Shown one piece after another: positions 37,324-46,123 of a stretch of 64,000 nucleotides of DNA. The stretch lies in the sequence record MT701590.1, one strand, 5' to 3'. The notes under the pieces were generated by a model. It made no database searches and was not told where the DNA came from. It saw only the letters and a list, made by a program, of their open reading frames with translations. The position numbers were made by a program, and so were the translations under genes. Each line of letters opens with the position of its first letter. Position 1 is the stretch's first letter. The DNA is from Klebsiella phage Miami.

Positions 37324-38425
37324 TATCGGCATCGTCGTTGGTAAATTTGCCCCTCTCACCCAGGGGCACATCAACCTCATCACCCAAGCCTCCCTCCAGG
37401 CTAAGAAAGTTATCGTTGTGTTAAGTCATGACAGTCGCTGGTTAGCGCAACAATGTCCTCGTGATCAGAAGGCGTTGACGTTCACTAACCGTCTTCGTTG
37501 GTTACAGCAGCATTACGCCGATTCTGACCACATTGATATTAAATATATCATCGAAGATGACATCCCGGAATTCCCCAACGGATGGAGCGCTTACTGTAAC
37601 CTCCTCAGGAAGATCTACACTGAGGAACAGCACAAGAACTATAAAGGAATCGGATCAGTCGACAACACTCGTCGGATTGCTCAAACCGTGGCCATTTTCA
37701 GTAGTGAAATCGATTACGATAAAGGTTACGAGGAGCATCTTCCTGAAGTCAGTCACGTCGTCGTTGATGCGCATCGTACAGCGGTTCCCATTAGTGCGAC
37801 TAAAATTCGTGAGAATCTTTACGCCAACTGGGAATACCTCCCTTCTATTGTTCGTAAGGACTACACCAAACGGATTGTCATCCTCGGCCAGGAATCTTGC
37901 GGTAAAAGCGTCATGGTCAAGAATCTGGCTAAGATGTTTAATACGTCCTGGGTAGAGGAGTACGGTCGGACGTATTGTGAAACTGAGCTCTGTGGTTCAG
38001 AATCGACACTCCGTAGTGATGATTACCCGATCATCGCTTATCGCCATAAGGAACTGGAAATCCAAGCAATGCGTTCGGCTAACCGCATTTGCATCGTGGA
38101 TACGAACGCATTCATTACCGAGTACTACCATCGGTTGTATGAAGGCAAACCTAATCGTATCGTCTCTGCTATAGCAGCTGAGGAAAACTACGATCTGGTC
38201 ATCGTGCTCGAACCTACGGTGGAATGGGTTGATGACGGCCTTCGTAGTAATCCCGAAAGACAACGGACGACCGAATTATTTAACCTCATGAGTCTGGAGT
38301 TCCCTAACCAGTTCCCGGAAGGAAGAACGTTCCATATTTCTTCCCCTGATTACAAAGTTAGGTTCGACCAGGCTTACGAAATTATCAAAACCTTCACTCA
38401 GCGTGTTAACTCAGGTGAATTTTAA
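37316..38425 (+). CDS. nadR: NadR-type bifunctional NMN adenylyltransferase / ribosylnicotinamide kinase (no N-terminal HTH)
   Basis: N-terminus GIVVGKFAPLTQGHINLITQA (nucleotidyltransferase H/TxGH motif, ISATKIR). C-terminal half has VILGQESCGKSVMVKNLAKMFNTSWVEEYGR (Walker A of the ribosylnicotinamide kinase domain). Collinear with E. coli NadR residues ~60-410. Confidence 0.8.
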   Translation: MFDIGIVVGKFAPLTQGHINLITQASLQAKKVIVVLSHDSRWLAQQCPRDQKALTFTNRLRWLQQHYADSDHIDIKYIIEDDIPEFPNGWSAYCNLLRKIYTEEQHKNYKGIGSVDNTRRIAQTVAIFSSEIDYDKGYEEHLPEVSHVVVDAHRTAVPISATKIRENLYANWEYLPSIVRKDYTKRIVILGQESCGKSVMVKNLAKMFNTSWVEEYGRTYCETELCGSESTLRSDDYPIIAYRHKELEIQAMRSANRICIVDTNAFITEYYHRLYEGKPNRIVSAIAAEENYDLVIVLEPTVEWVDDGLRSNPERQRTTELFNLMSLEFPNQFPEGRTFHISSPDYKVRFDQAYEIIKTFTQRVNSGEF

Positions 38426-39121
38426 ATGAAAGAACTTTTTAGCGTAATCTATACTGATTTCCAGAGCGGATGGAGTCGTAAGGAATGGCTGTGGTTAGTC
38501 GTAGCCGTCTCGGCTGTTGTAGTTGGGAGTATTTCCGCTTCGCCACTGGAATTCTGGGCGGGGATATTCAACGTCGTCTGCGTTATTCTTGTTGCTAAAG
38601 GCCGACTCTCCAATTACTATTGGGGGCTATTAGGGGTGGTTCTCTACGCGATCGTTTCCTACAAGCAACAACTCTACGGCAACATGGCGCTTAACGTCAT
38701 TTACTTCGGATTCCAATTCTGGGGTATTTACGAATGGCGTAAAACACTGCTGAATAAGACTGATGCTGGCGTTGACGTATCCGTTAGGCGATTGTCACTC
38801 CTTCAGTTCCTTCAGATGACGTTCGTTGTTTTGGCAGGGACCTTTGCAGTAAGCTTGTTCCTTCGTCATATCGGGGATAGTTCACCCGTATTAGATGCGT
38901 TTACGATGGTAGCGAGCTTAATCGCTATGGGCTTGATGGTTAAACAGTATTCCGAACAATGGTTACTCTGGATACTGGTCGATATCGCTTCTATTTACAT
39001 GTGGGTCATTCCTGCTTTAGACCAGCCTGGTTCTTGGTCCATGGTAGCAATGTGGACGGTCATCACCGGTAACGCGCTGTACGGCGCTTACATGTGGTTT
39101 GTTGTTAAGATAAATAAATAA
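38426..39121 (+). CDS. pnuC: nicotinamide riboside transporter PnuC
   Basis: 231 aa, 7-8 TM helices. Motifs ..FWAGIFNVVCVILVAKGRLSNYYWGL..YGNMALNVIYFGFQFWGIYEW.. typical of PnuC. Immediately downstream of nadR. Confidence 0.75.
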   Translation: MKELFSVIYTDFQSGWSRKEWLWLVVAVSAVVVGSISASPLEFWAGIFNVVCVILVAKGRLSNYYWGLLGVVLYAIVSYKQQLYGNMALNVIYFGFQFWGIYEWRKTLLNKTDAGVDVSVRRLSLLQFLQMTFVVLAGTFAVSLFLRHIGDSSPVLDAFTMVASLIAMGLMVKQYSEQWLLWILVDIASIYMWVIPALDQPGSWSMVAMWTVITGNALYGAYMWFVVKINK

Positions 39122-39150
39122 ATAATTCCGACAATAGAGGATAAAATATC

Positions 39151-39852
39151 ATGCGTAAGAACTATGACATTAATGCCACTTCAGACGACGTCTTCTTTAA
39201 TCACTCTAAATCATTTAAGCTGGTGAGAAAAGCGATTAAGAAGATCGGTTCAGCAAAATGGGAGGGGGTTTTTAGTGACCCTACCCAAAATGCTGCCCGT
39301 GGGTATGATGAAGAGCGATTTGATAACGTCCTCCGCGCCATGTATTCTGAAGATTTGGCGAGGACCTTGGATTTTGCTATTCATCGCAACGAGATTGCTC
39401 GAATCGATATCGCCATTATGATGATGAAACCTGAAACCAAAATCGATTACCATTTTAGGCACGACATCCCCTATCGTCAATGGGGATTTCTTAGTTTCCG
39501 ATCTGATTTAACAATTACCAGCGCGGATCAGCTCGACAACAATCCCTTTTTCTTCACTACGCTCTTGCGGGAGCTCAAAAGAGCGGGGATTTACGATTAC
39601 AACGTGAACGCGATCAGCGAGCTTTATCAACTTGTACATCTGGCCTCTATCGCGCTGTCGTACACTGGTTTGAGTGGATTGGGGGAATCGGATTCCTACC
39701 AGAACGCAATCGGTGTCGCCATGCAGGTAATTCGTCGTTGGGGCGCGGGAGAGAGTTCTGAAGTTATGAGTGATCTTGATCGAGCCACTCAGATTTGGTC
39801 GCCTTCGGAATCGGACTATGTTAAGTTTTACGAAGAATTGATCATCGGATAA
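39151..39852 (+). CDS. hypothetical protein (233 aa)
   Basis: Co-oriented ORF. Confidence 0.5.
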   Translation: MRKNYDINATSDDVFFNHSKSFKLVRKAIKKIGSAKWEGVFSDPTQNAARGYDEERFDNVLRAMYSEDLARTLDFAIHRNEIARIDIAIMMMKPETKIDYHFRHDIPYRQWGFLSFRSDLTITSADQLDNNPFFFTTLLRELKRAGIYDYNVNAISELYQLVHLASIALSYTGLSGLGESDSYQNAIGVAMQVIRRWGAGESSEVMSDLDRATQIWSPSESDYVKFYEELIIG

Positions 39853-39951
39853 CGAAGCGTAATTAAATTTAATAGTATGGTCAGTCGACCTAGGTGAGAG
39901 TGATCTTGTGGGTTACTCTCATTCCTTTCGTAAATATCGGAGAAATAAAAA

Positions 39952-40467
39952 ATGGCTAAAGAAAACGTTGTTCGTATTCCACTGTATAATTTAGGTAATC
40001 TTTCTTGCGTAGGGTATCGAGAAGGGTGCGGGTATAACGTTAAGATTTATTGGGGCGATTATGTGCTGGCCTCTAAACCTAATCTCACTCAAGCGCTCGA
40101 CTTCGCTTATATCGGGGTTCGGCTCTTCTCCCCGATCCACAGTGAATGGTTAACCAACGATCTGCGTTTAGCTATTTGTGAATCGTTGATAAAAGCCCGT
40201 TTATTAATTGATGGCAATCATAGCGTGGAGCGTTCTTCTGTTCTTTCAGAGGGATTCCTTAAGCATTGGAAAACAGGTGAATCGGGGGTAGAGTATTATC
40301 TGGAAGTACGTCTTGCTAGAGACCCGGGTAAAATAGAAGACGACATCGTTCAAGTCACCTTAAAGTACGACAACGATGGGTGCAGCTTCACACATAGCTT
40401 CAAGAAATACGCTTCCGTTTTCAACTATAAAGAACATTTAGGTCTTTTCAAACAAGTTACCCGCTGA
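39952..40467 (+). CDS. hypothetical protein (171 aa)
   Basis: Co-oriented ORF. Confidence 0.5.
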   Translation: MAKENVVRIPLYNLGNLSCVGYREGCGYNVKIYWGDYVLASKPNLTQALDFAYIGVRLFSPIHSEWLTNDLRLAICESLIKARLLIDGNHSVERSSVLSEGFLKHWKTGESGVEYYLEVRLARDPGKIEDDIVQVTLKYDNDGCSFTHSFKKYASVFNYKEHLGLFKQVTR

Positions 40468-40475
40468 GTCAACCT

Positions 40476-40506
40476 AACTCCTACTCCCGATAAGGGAGTA
40501 GGAGTT
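40476..40506 (+). terminator. terminator hairpin, copy 3 of the repeated 29-nt element
   Basis: aactcctactccc-gataa-gggagtaggagtt then TATTA. Confidence 0.7.
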
Positions 40507-40582
40507 ATTACACATGTAAATAAAAACAGACCTTTATTATCTCTATGTGGAATAAACCATAATCTTTTTAGGAGCATGTAAC

Positions 40583-40885
40583 GTGAACATCTATTTAGTT
40601 AAACCAATGGAATTTACTGGCGACGAAGATATCAACGGTATGGTCGTTGTAGCACCTGACACCAACACCGCCTTGCTGACCCACCCTCATATCGACGCAG
40701 ACGGCAATACCTTCGAATGGGAAGTCGAAACCAATTCTGAAGCCGGTAACTGGGTGGATGATGAGGGCCGAACTGACATCTTCCACGGTTGCGCTTGGCC
40801 GGCTCCTGATCGTTTACACTGTGTTCTGTTGGGCGTAGCCGCCGACGGGATGGAAGAAGGTATCGTGTTGGTCGATCGTGATTAA
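40583..40885 (+). CDS. hypothetical protein (100 aa), GTG start
   Basis: Leader aaccataatctttttaggagcatgtaacGTG. The 20-mer is shared with the GroEL leader. Confidence 0.5.
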   Translation: MNIYLVKPMEFTGDEDINGMVVVAPDTNTALLTHPHIDADGNTFEWEVETNSEAGNWVDDEGRTDIFHGCAWPAPDRLHCVLLGVAADGMEEGIVLVDRD

Positions 40886-40895
40886 GGGGTAACGC

Positions 40896-41414
40896 ATGAA
40901 AGTCGTTAGATTTGGGAACCTGACCGTTAATAAAGATAACAAGCTGGAGATAACACAGTTTAATTTTTCCAGTGAGTCCAACGGCGAACCCGTCACACCG
41001 GCTGGTATGGTGAAAGCTATTGTCAAATGGCTAAACAGTCATGTCGGGAACACCGATGGGATGTTCAACCCCATCAAAGACTTAAACGGAGTCCCGCTTA
41101 TCGCAGGAGTAAATATCCCAATTGATCAATCCAAGTTGGTTATGCCTAAAAGTGTGGCTTTAGCCGAACTGGATCCTCCTGTTTTTAGCACCAACGAATA
41201 TACGTTCCTGGAAGTAGAGGAACGCGTTTATCAGCTCATAGCGATGCAAATAGGAATAACGCTCACTACCGAAATGGGTGTCATTCCTGGCTCGGTTGAA
41301 CTGATTGATGTGGATGACTCTCGTCCACATCCCGACAATGTCGTAGGTTACTGCCTGACATTAGAAAATCCACCGCGGTATTTCTTGAAAGTTAAGAATA
41401 AAGGAGTTCGGTAA
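40896..41414 (+). CDS. hypothetical protein (172 aa)
   Basis: Co-oriented ORF. Confidence 0.5.
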   Translation: MKVVRFGNLTVNKDNKLEITQFNFSSESNGEPVTPAGMVKAIVKWLNSHVGNTDGMFNPIKDLNGVPLIAGVNIPIDQSKLVMPKSVALAELDPPVFSTNEYTFLEVEERVYQLIAMQIGITLTTEMGVIPGSVELIDVDDSRPHPDNVVGYCLTLENPPRYFLKVKNKGVR

Positions 41415-42199
41415 TGTTAGAGACCCAGCTTAAAGATCGCCTGACCATCCTGAACACTTTCGAATGGTTTACCTACTTCTGGAATAAATTCGAGGAAGGC
41501 ATGTATGATGTAAGGCGAACCATGCATAGCGCTTCGGTTGCGATTAATAACGGAGATTGCGCGGTAGCCGCTTTAGCGGTAAGTTCCGTTTTGAATCGTC
41601 GACTGGATGTTGACGTTGGAATGGCTCGCAATACTCTTCACGCCTGGGTCACTATCGGTAACGATATCTTCGATACCGAATACCCCACAGGACACGATAT
41701 ATCAAGTTTTAAATCTAAATGGGGCGATCGTATCAGTGAGGTGGTTTTAACACCTGAGACCCTCGTAGAAGAGTTTATGCCGTGCGATCTGGCAGGCGCT
41801 TATCTCGTAAAAGAATTCTGCGGGATAATGTGTGAACCGCATCCTAAAGAAATCGATTTTCTCCTGAATAATCCTACCGAATACGAATCACGGGAGGGCG
41901 TTCACAAAATCGAAAAGGCTATTGCGTTCGCAGTAGAGGAAACTCTGAAAGCTCGCCGGGCAGTAACCACCATCAAACACGAGTCTTACTTCACTGCTAA
42001 AGAAGCCACGATGGATCATGAACTCAAAGATCACGTCAGGGATATCTATTCCGGTATTCTGATCTGCGTACTGGTGGATAAGAACGATTACAAAGTGATC
42101 GGAGAGTCTTATCGCAAAGGACCAGAAACAGAACGCACACTACTGGCGAGATCAAGAGCCAAGTTTATCGCCCTGGATAAACTTAAAGACGTGGCGTGA
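41414..42199 (+). CDS. transglutaminase-like cysteine protease-fold protein
   Basis: ..GDCAVAALAVSSVL..ARNTLHAWVTIGNDIFDTEYP.. fits the Cys / His-aromatic / Asp core of the transglutaminase-like superfamily. Confidence 0.4.
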   Translation: MLETQLKDRLTILNTFEWFTYFWNKFEEGMYDVRRTMHSASVAINNGDCAVAALAVSSVLNRRLDVDVGMARNTLHAWVTIGNDIFDTEYPTGHDISSFKSKWGDRISEVVLTPETLVEEFMPCDLAGAYLVKEFCGIMCEPHPKEIDFLLNNPTEYESREGVHKIEKAIAFAVEETLKARRAVTTIKHESYFTAKEATMDHELKDHVRDIYSGILICVLVDKNDYKVIGESYRKGPETERTLLARSRAKFIALDKLKDVA

Positions 42200-42223
42200 T
42201 CATTCAATTTAGGAAATAAAATC

Positions 42224-43768
42224 ATGAACGAAGAAAATAAAATCGCGATCGTTTCTCATGGGGAGGTTGTTGAGTTTGATCCTAACAGTGCTGAGCATCG
42301 AAAGATTCTTGAGTCGGCAAATAGGAAACTTATAACGAACGAACTCTACCAGCGAGATTTAAAACGCTTTAAAGACCTGGTTTTGTTTTATCAAAGTGCG
42401 GTTAGCAAAGAAACCATCGATGATAAAATTGAGGAGTTCTTAAGGGCTACCGGGATAAGGTTGGACTATTCTGATCTGGCCATTTTTAACTATGGGTACC
42501 CGGACATAGATGGATACTTCGGTACTCTCTATAACCGCGCAATGGGGATTGAACCCCCTTCTGTGTCTGCTGATGAGAATCCGATAGTTGAACTGAAAGA
42601 AAATAGCTTAAAACCCCAACTCCCCTCAAGCCACACTGGCGGGGAATTATTGTACGATATTCTGCTTCGTAAATTTAACCGTTTCATGCAGAACATAACG
42701 ACCGAGCTTTTAATATTAGGGCGCGGAAGATCCTTAACAACGGAATGTCGGATTGAAACAAACATACTCAGAAAAATAGAGGGGTTTAATAAAGAAACGA
42801 ATCTGGGGCTGGATCGTGAGATCGTACAAAATTGCCCAATCGATGAAAATTTGCAAACTGGGTATTTTAATGTTCTTTTCGTAGGTCTAATTAAACGATC
42901 AGAAGAATTCAGAATGCAAACGATGCCTCTTTCAGAGAAAATAGGGTTTATCCAACCGAAATACGGTAAGGACGAGGGGGTTAAGGCGAATCCAAACATC
43001 CGTTTTTGGTACGATAAGTTTGGAGTGGGTCATGAGATACCTCCCAATAAACCCATGGAAGCAGGTAGTGTTAAACGGAATGAGGGTTGTGTTATGGCTT
43101 ATCAACCATACGGTAACGGGGGATCTGTTCCTTCTCCTGATCCCCGCGATGAAAGTGTAAGGAGTAAAGATACTGTTATTCAAAACAGCGTTTCAATTAG
43201 CCCCGGGAAAGTCAACATAGAGGTGCTTGAGGCAGCATGTCGGACAATGGCCGAAAGTATGAAAGTCATGCACCGCAAGCCCGTCTCTGATGAATTTCGC
43301 GATAAACTTTACGAGGCGCTGGCCGCCTTTTATCATCGACATCACTCTCTAGGAAATGCTTCAAGAGAGTTCCTGTACGGGGATGTTATTTGCATCGAAC
43401 GGTTTAAGCGCGAGTTTGGAATCGTTTTCTCCGCTAGGGACGTGGACGCTTTTCTTAATGGAGTTATGACTATCCCTGTGTTACTCGGCAAATACGTTAG
43501 AGAACGCCATCCCGGTGAAAAGAAAATCACAACTTACCCACAATACGCTTTAGCTCTAAACACATTAACCTCGTTATTGTGTTTGTTTCCCTCAAACGTA
43601 AGGACGAGAGAAGATATTGAACGTGCTAAAGCATTACACGTTCAATTCAATATTCGTTTTGACATTGATATGTCCGAAGAGGATTTTTTAGCGATTATCT
43701 ATCGTCATGGGACTCCCCGCCATTTTCTCAAAAAACACGCTACCACTGAAGCCACTAAAGGTGAATAA
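42224..43768 (+). CDS. hypothetical protein (514 aa), AT-rich
   Basis: Conserved leader. No recognisable motifs. Confidence 0.55.
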   Translation: MNEENKIAIVSHGEVVEFDPNSAEHRKILESANRKLITNELYQRDLKRFKDLVLFYQSAVSKETIDDKIEEFLRATGIRLDYSDLAIFNYGYPDIDGYFGTLYNRAMGIEPPSVSADENPIVELKENSLKPQLPSSHTGGELLYDILLRKFNRFMQNITTELLILGRGRSLTTECRIETNILRKIEGFNKETNLGLDREIVQNCPIDENLQTGYFNVLFVGLIKRSEEFRMQTMPLSEKIGFIQPKYGKDEGVKANPNIRFWYDKFGVGHEIPPNKPMEAGSVKRNEGCVMAYQPYGNGGSVPSPDPRDESVRSKDTVIQNSVSISPGKVNIEVLEAACRTMAESMKVMHRKPVSDEFRDKLYEALAAFYHRHHSLGNASREFLYGDVICIERFKREFGIVFSARDVDAFLNGVMTIPVLLGKYVRERHPGEKKITTYPQYALALNTLTSLLCLFPSNVRTREDIERAKALHVQFNIRFDIDMSEEDFLAIIYRHGTPRHFLKKHATTEATKGE

Positions 43769-43945
43769 ATGCAACCACTGATCAGCCTTAAAGAGTTAGC
43801 CAAACTCCTGGGTGTTTCCGTTAAAACCCTGAAAATTCGTATTAGCAAAGGTACTGTTCCCCAGCCTTTCGTTAGCGAGGGGAAAAATATGCGTTGGATG
43901 CGTTCTGACGTTGAACATCTCTTCTCTAAAGAAGAAGTCGTTTAA
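43769..43945 (+). CDS. AlpA/Xis-like HTH DNA-binding protein (58 aa; absent from ORF track because under 60 aa)
   Basis: MQPLISLKELAKLLGVSVKTLKIRISKGTVPQPFVSEGKNMRWMRSDVEHLFSKEEVV matches the AlpA-type pattern (L..keva..lgvS..Tiyr....G.FP.P...G.r..rW...dv..w). ATG overlaps the upstream stop (TAAATG). Confidence 0.55.
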   Translation: MQPLISLKELAKLLGVSVKTLKIRISKGTVPQPFVSEGKNMRWMRSDVEHLFSKEEVV

Positions 43946-43947
43946 GT

Positions 43948-43961
43948 TGTAAATATTTACA
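43948..43961. promoter_or_regulatory. perfect 14-bp palindrome TGTAAATATTTACA (candidate operator)
   Basis: Located 3 nt after the alpA-like stop, within a sigma70-like promoter upstream of the codon-optimised gene 44020..44301. Confidence 0.45.
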
Positions 43962-44019
43962 GCCCTGTACTATTGTAATGGTTAACCGACCGTAAACTTT
44001 AATTAAAGGAAAAGAAGTT

Positions 44020-44301
44020 ATGTCTAAAATCAAACTGACCGAAGAACAACTCGCCACCCTGAATGGTTCGGAATCCTTCGTCGTCTCCGGCCTGGCTGCC
44101 GGCAAAGTCTCCCTGGCAACCGACGTGTCGGTCATCACCCTCGATCTCGATCCGGGTCAGCTGACCATCGGCCAAACCCTGAAGATCAAAGACGGCGTCC
44201 TCGTCACGGACAAAGCCCAGGAACAAAAGGCCGAAAAAGCCAAAGGTAAAAACAACCCGTCTCCGGAAATGGCGGCCAAACTTGCCGGCAGCGCCTGCTA
44301 A
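44020..44301 (+). CDS. small abundant-protein candidate (93 aa) with Lys/Ala-rich tail
   Basis: SD sequence AAAGGAAAAG. Extreme high-expression codon usage (ctg, acc, atc, ggc, gtc, tcc). The C-terminal KAQEQKAEKAKGKNNPSPEMAAKLAG is histone-tail-like. Confidence 0.55.
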   Translation: MSKIKLTEEQLATLNGSESFVVSGLAAGKVSLATDVSVITLDLDPGQLTIGQTLKIKDGVLVTDKAQEQKAEKAKGKNNPSPEMAAKLAGSAC

Positions 44302-44311
44302 GTTAAGGTAA

Positions 44312-44356
44312 AGTAGGAGGGGGGTTTCCTCCTCCTACTCCCTCGTGTTTATTTTT
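44312..44356 (+). terminator. rho-independent terminator agtaggagg..cctcctact plus TTTATTTTTT
   Basis: GC-rich stem followed by a U-tract. Confidence 0.75.
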
Positions 44357-44370
44357 TGGGAATTTCGTTA

Positions 44371-44934
44371 ATGACCATAAAGACTCTTTCCGGGAGATTA
44401 TTTCTTAACCGAGATAAATCTAATCTCAACAGCGTAAGTTGGTCGGCTAAAGTCACCATTGTCGATTATGAAACGAAAAAGAAAGAAAAAATCCATAACG
44501 AGATTTTTGACGCTAATCTTACCATTCGTAAAGGGAATTCAAGCGTAGTCCTCCATACCAATAATGACGGGGTAGACAAAAATTTTGAATCTTTTTTGTC
44601 TAAGCTTCGGCTCATCAGCACTCACGTTCGTGATTTCGTTGAGCAATGCGAGATTAAGCGCAGTAAACCAACCCAGGTTAAAACCGAGCGCTACTGGTTA
44701 AATGACCCTGAAGGAATCGATAAATCATTTACTGGGTCACTGGTAAAGATATACGATACTTATAGCGACACCATAGAAATAAGTTCCTGTGAGCGATCAG
44801 CGCGTTGGTATATCAATAGTTACCTTAATCGAGGGAAGTCCGAGATTGGCGAACTTATTGTTTTACAGCGCGCCATAGATCGGCTCATTAGAGATATTGG
44901 TATTGTTTTAAAAGAGGTTAAAAATGGGGCGTAA
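44371..44934 (+). CDS. hypothetical protein (187 aa)
   Basis: Start placed at the first ATG (MTIKTLSG). The ORF-track start is a TTG inside the terminator. Confidence 0.5.
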   Translation: MTIKTLSGRLFLNRDKSNLNSVSWSAKVTIVDYETKKKEKIHNEIFDANLTIRKGNSSVVLHTNNDGVDKNFESFLSKLRLISTHVRDFVEQCEIKRSKPTQVKTERYWLNDPEGIDKSFTGSLVKIYDTYSDTIEISSCERSARWYINSYLNRGKSEIGELIVLQRAIDRLIRDIGIVLKEVKNGA

Positions 44935-45343
44935 GAGTCACGGGGAAGATTATTCCGACGCAGAGCTTGATTTTATCGCAAGCGTAGCGCACAGCGTGCA
45001 ATGTGGGATAGACTATGCCTTTGGTCTACCGGAATTATATCAATGGGGGTTGATGGGAGAGGGGTATAAAGCCCAAATGAAAGCATCCGTCAGAGCCGTT
45101 CTGGTTCATGACAAATCACCAAAATCTCTCCATGGTAGTTGGCTTAGTCGACTAACCCAAGAAGGTTGGGTTCATGGAGAAGTAAAGGATGCGGAAAAGA
45201 AAACCCATCCGTTATTAGTTCCATTCGACGAACTTCCTATCGAATGGAAACTTCGTCTTCGTCAATTCCGAGCAGCAGTCATTCCTTTTAGAAAAACCAA
45301 AAATGCAGTGAGATCTAATCTCATTACCTTTTCAACAAAATAA
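44924..45343 (+). CDS. RyR-domain protein
   Basis: ..HGSWLSRLTQEGWVHGEVKDAEKKTHPLLVPFDELPIEWK.. matches the bacterial/phage RyR domain pattern (HE.W...K...GW.YG..RD...K.HP.LVPY.ELPE.EK). Confidence 0.55.
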   Translation: MGRKSHGEDYSDAELDFIASVAHSVQCGIDYAFGLPELYQWGLMGEGYKAQMKASVRAVLVHDKSPKSLHGSWLSRLTQEGWVHGEVKDAEKKTHPLLVPFDELPIEWKLRLRQFRAAVIPFRKTKNAVRSNLITFSTK

Positions 45344-45367
45344 CCTCACTAATTTAGGGCTACGATT

Positions 45368-46111
45368 ATGAGCGAGAACATTCCTTACGTTTACCTTCCT
45401 TCCGACATCAAACACGATTCCGGCGTTGTTTTGAATCGCGATAAGATCAACCGTTCGAAAACGATCATTAAAACGTTGGGGGTCAAAATAAAAGACCACA
45501 ACAACACCGTAAAGATGTTTGATAAAGCGATGTCTGGTGAGCTTTATCAAACCAAGGAGGGGAGAAAATACCGTTCGGTAACCTTCAAGTTACACGCCAA
45601 GCGAAAGAAGGAACTTCTGGAAGCGCTTAAAGCGGAAGAGAAGGTATTACAAGCAATGAAAGAATTCGGCGTGATTCTTCAACAGAATATTTACGATGCT
45701 CAGTCGATGAGTTTCGCTCCTTTCCCTTTAAAAGATTTTCTCGACTCTAAAGCACTCGGCAGTATTCCGGGTAAATCTGAATTGCGGGATCTTCGTCAGT
45801 CGTTAACCAAATTAATTGAAGTGGATCCTGATGCGGTTATCTGGATTGCAAAAAGAAATCTGGACGGGGTTCCGGTTGCTTTTATCGCCGGGCGAGACAA
45901 AGGCGATGACGCCTTCGACATGTCTATTTTCTATTCACACACTGAGGATGCAGAACGGCATAATGAGGTAATGAAATATCTCATTAAGCGTCTAAAATCG
46001 ATAGGGGTCACCCCTATCAGTCTGATCTCGATTTCTCCTGATTTTAGTGCGGCTGGTCACGCAATGGAGAAAATGGGCGGGCGCATGACTTCGGCACAAT
46101 TTGACTTTTAA
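45368..46111 (+). CDS. hypothetical protein (247 aa)
   Basis: Co-oriented ORF. Confidence 0.5.
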   Translation: MSENIPYVYLPSDIKHDSGVVLNRDKINRSKTIIKTLGVKIKDHNNTVKMFDKAMSGELYQTKEGRKYRSVTFKLHAKRKKELLEALKAEEKVLQAMKEFGVILQQNIYDAQSMSFAPFPLKDFLDSKALGSIPGKSELRDLRQSLTKLIEVDPDAVIWIAKRNLDGVPVAFIAGRDKGDDAFDMSIFYSHTEDAERHNEVMKYLIKRLKSIGVTPISLISISPDFSAAGHAMEKMGGRMTSAQFDF

Positions 46112-46123
46112 GGGTGATTAAAC

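Noticed and set aside
43769-43945. AlpA/Xis-like gene as evidence of an integrative element or prophage excision module
   Set aside because: No integrase, att-like repeats or tRNA nearby. More likely a phage transcription factor.
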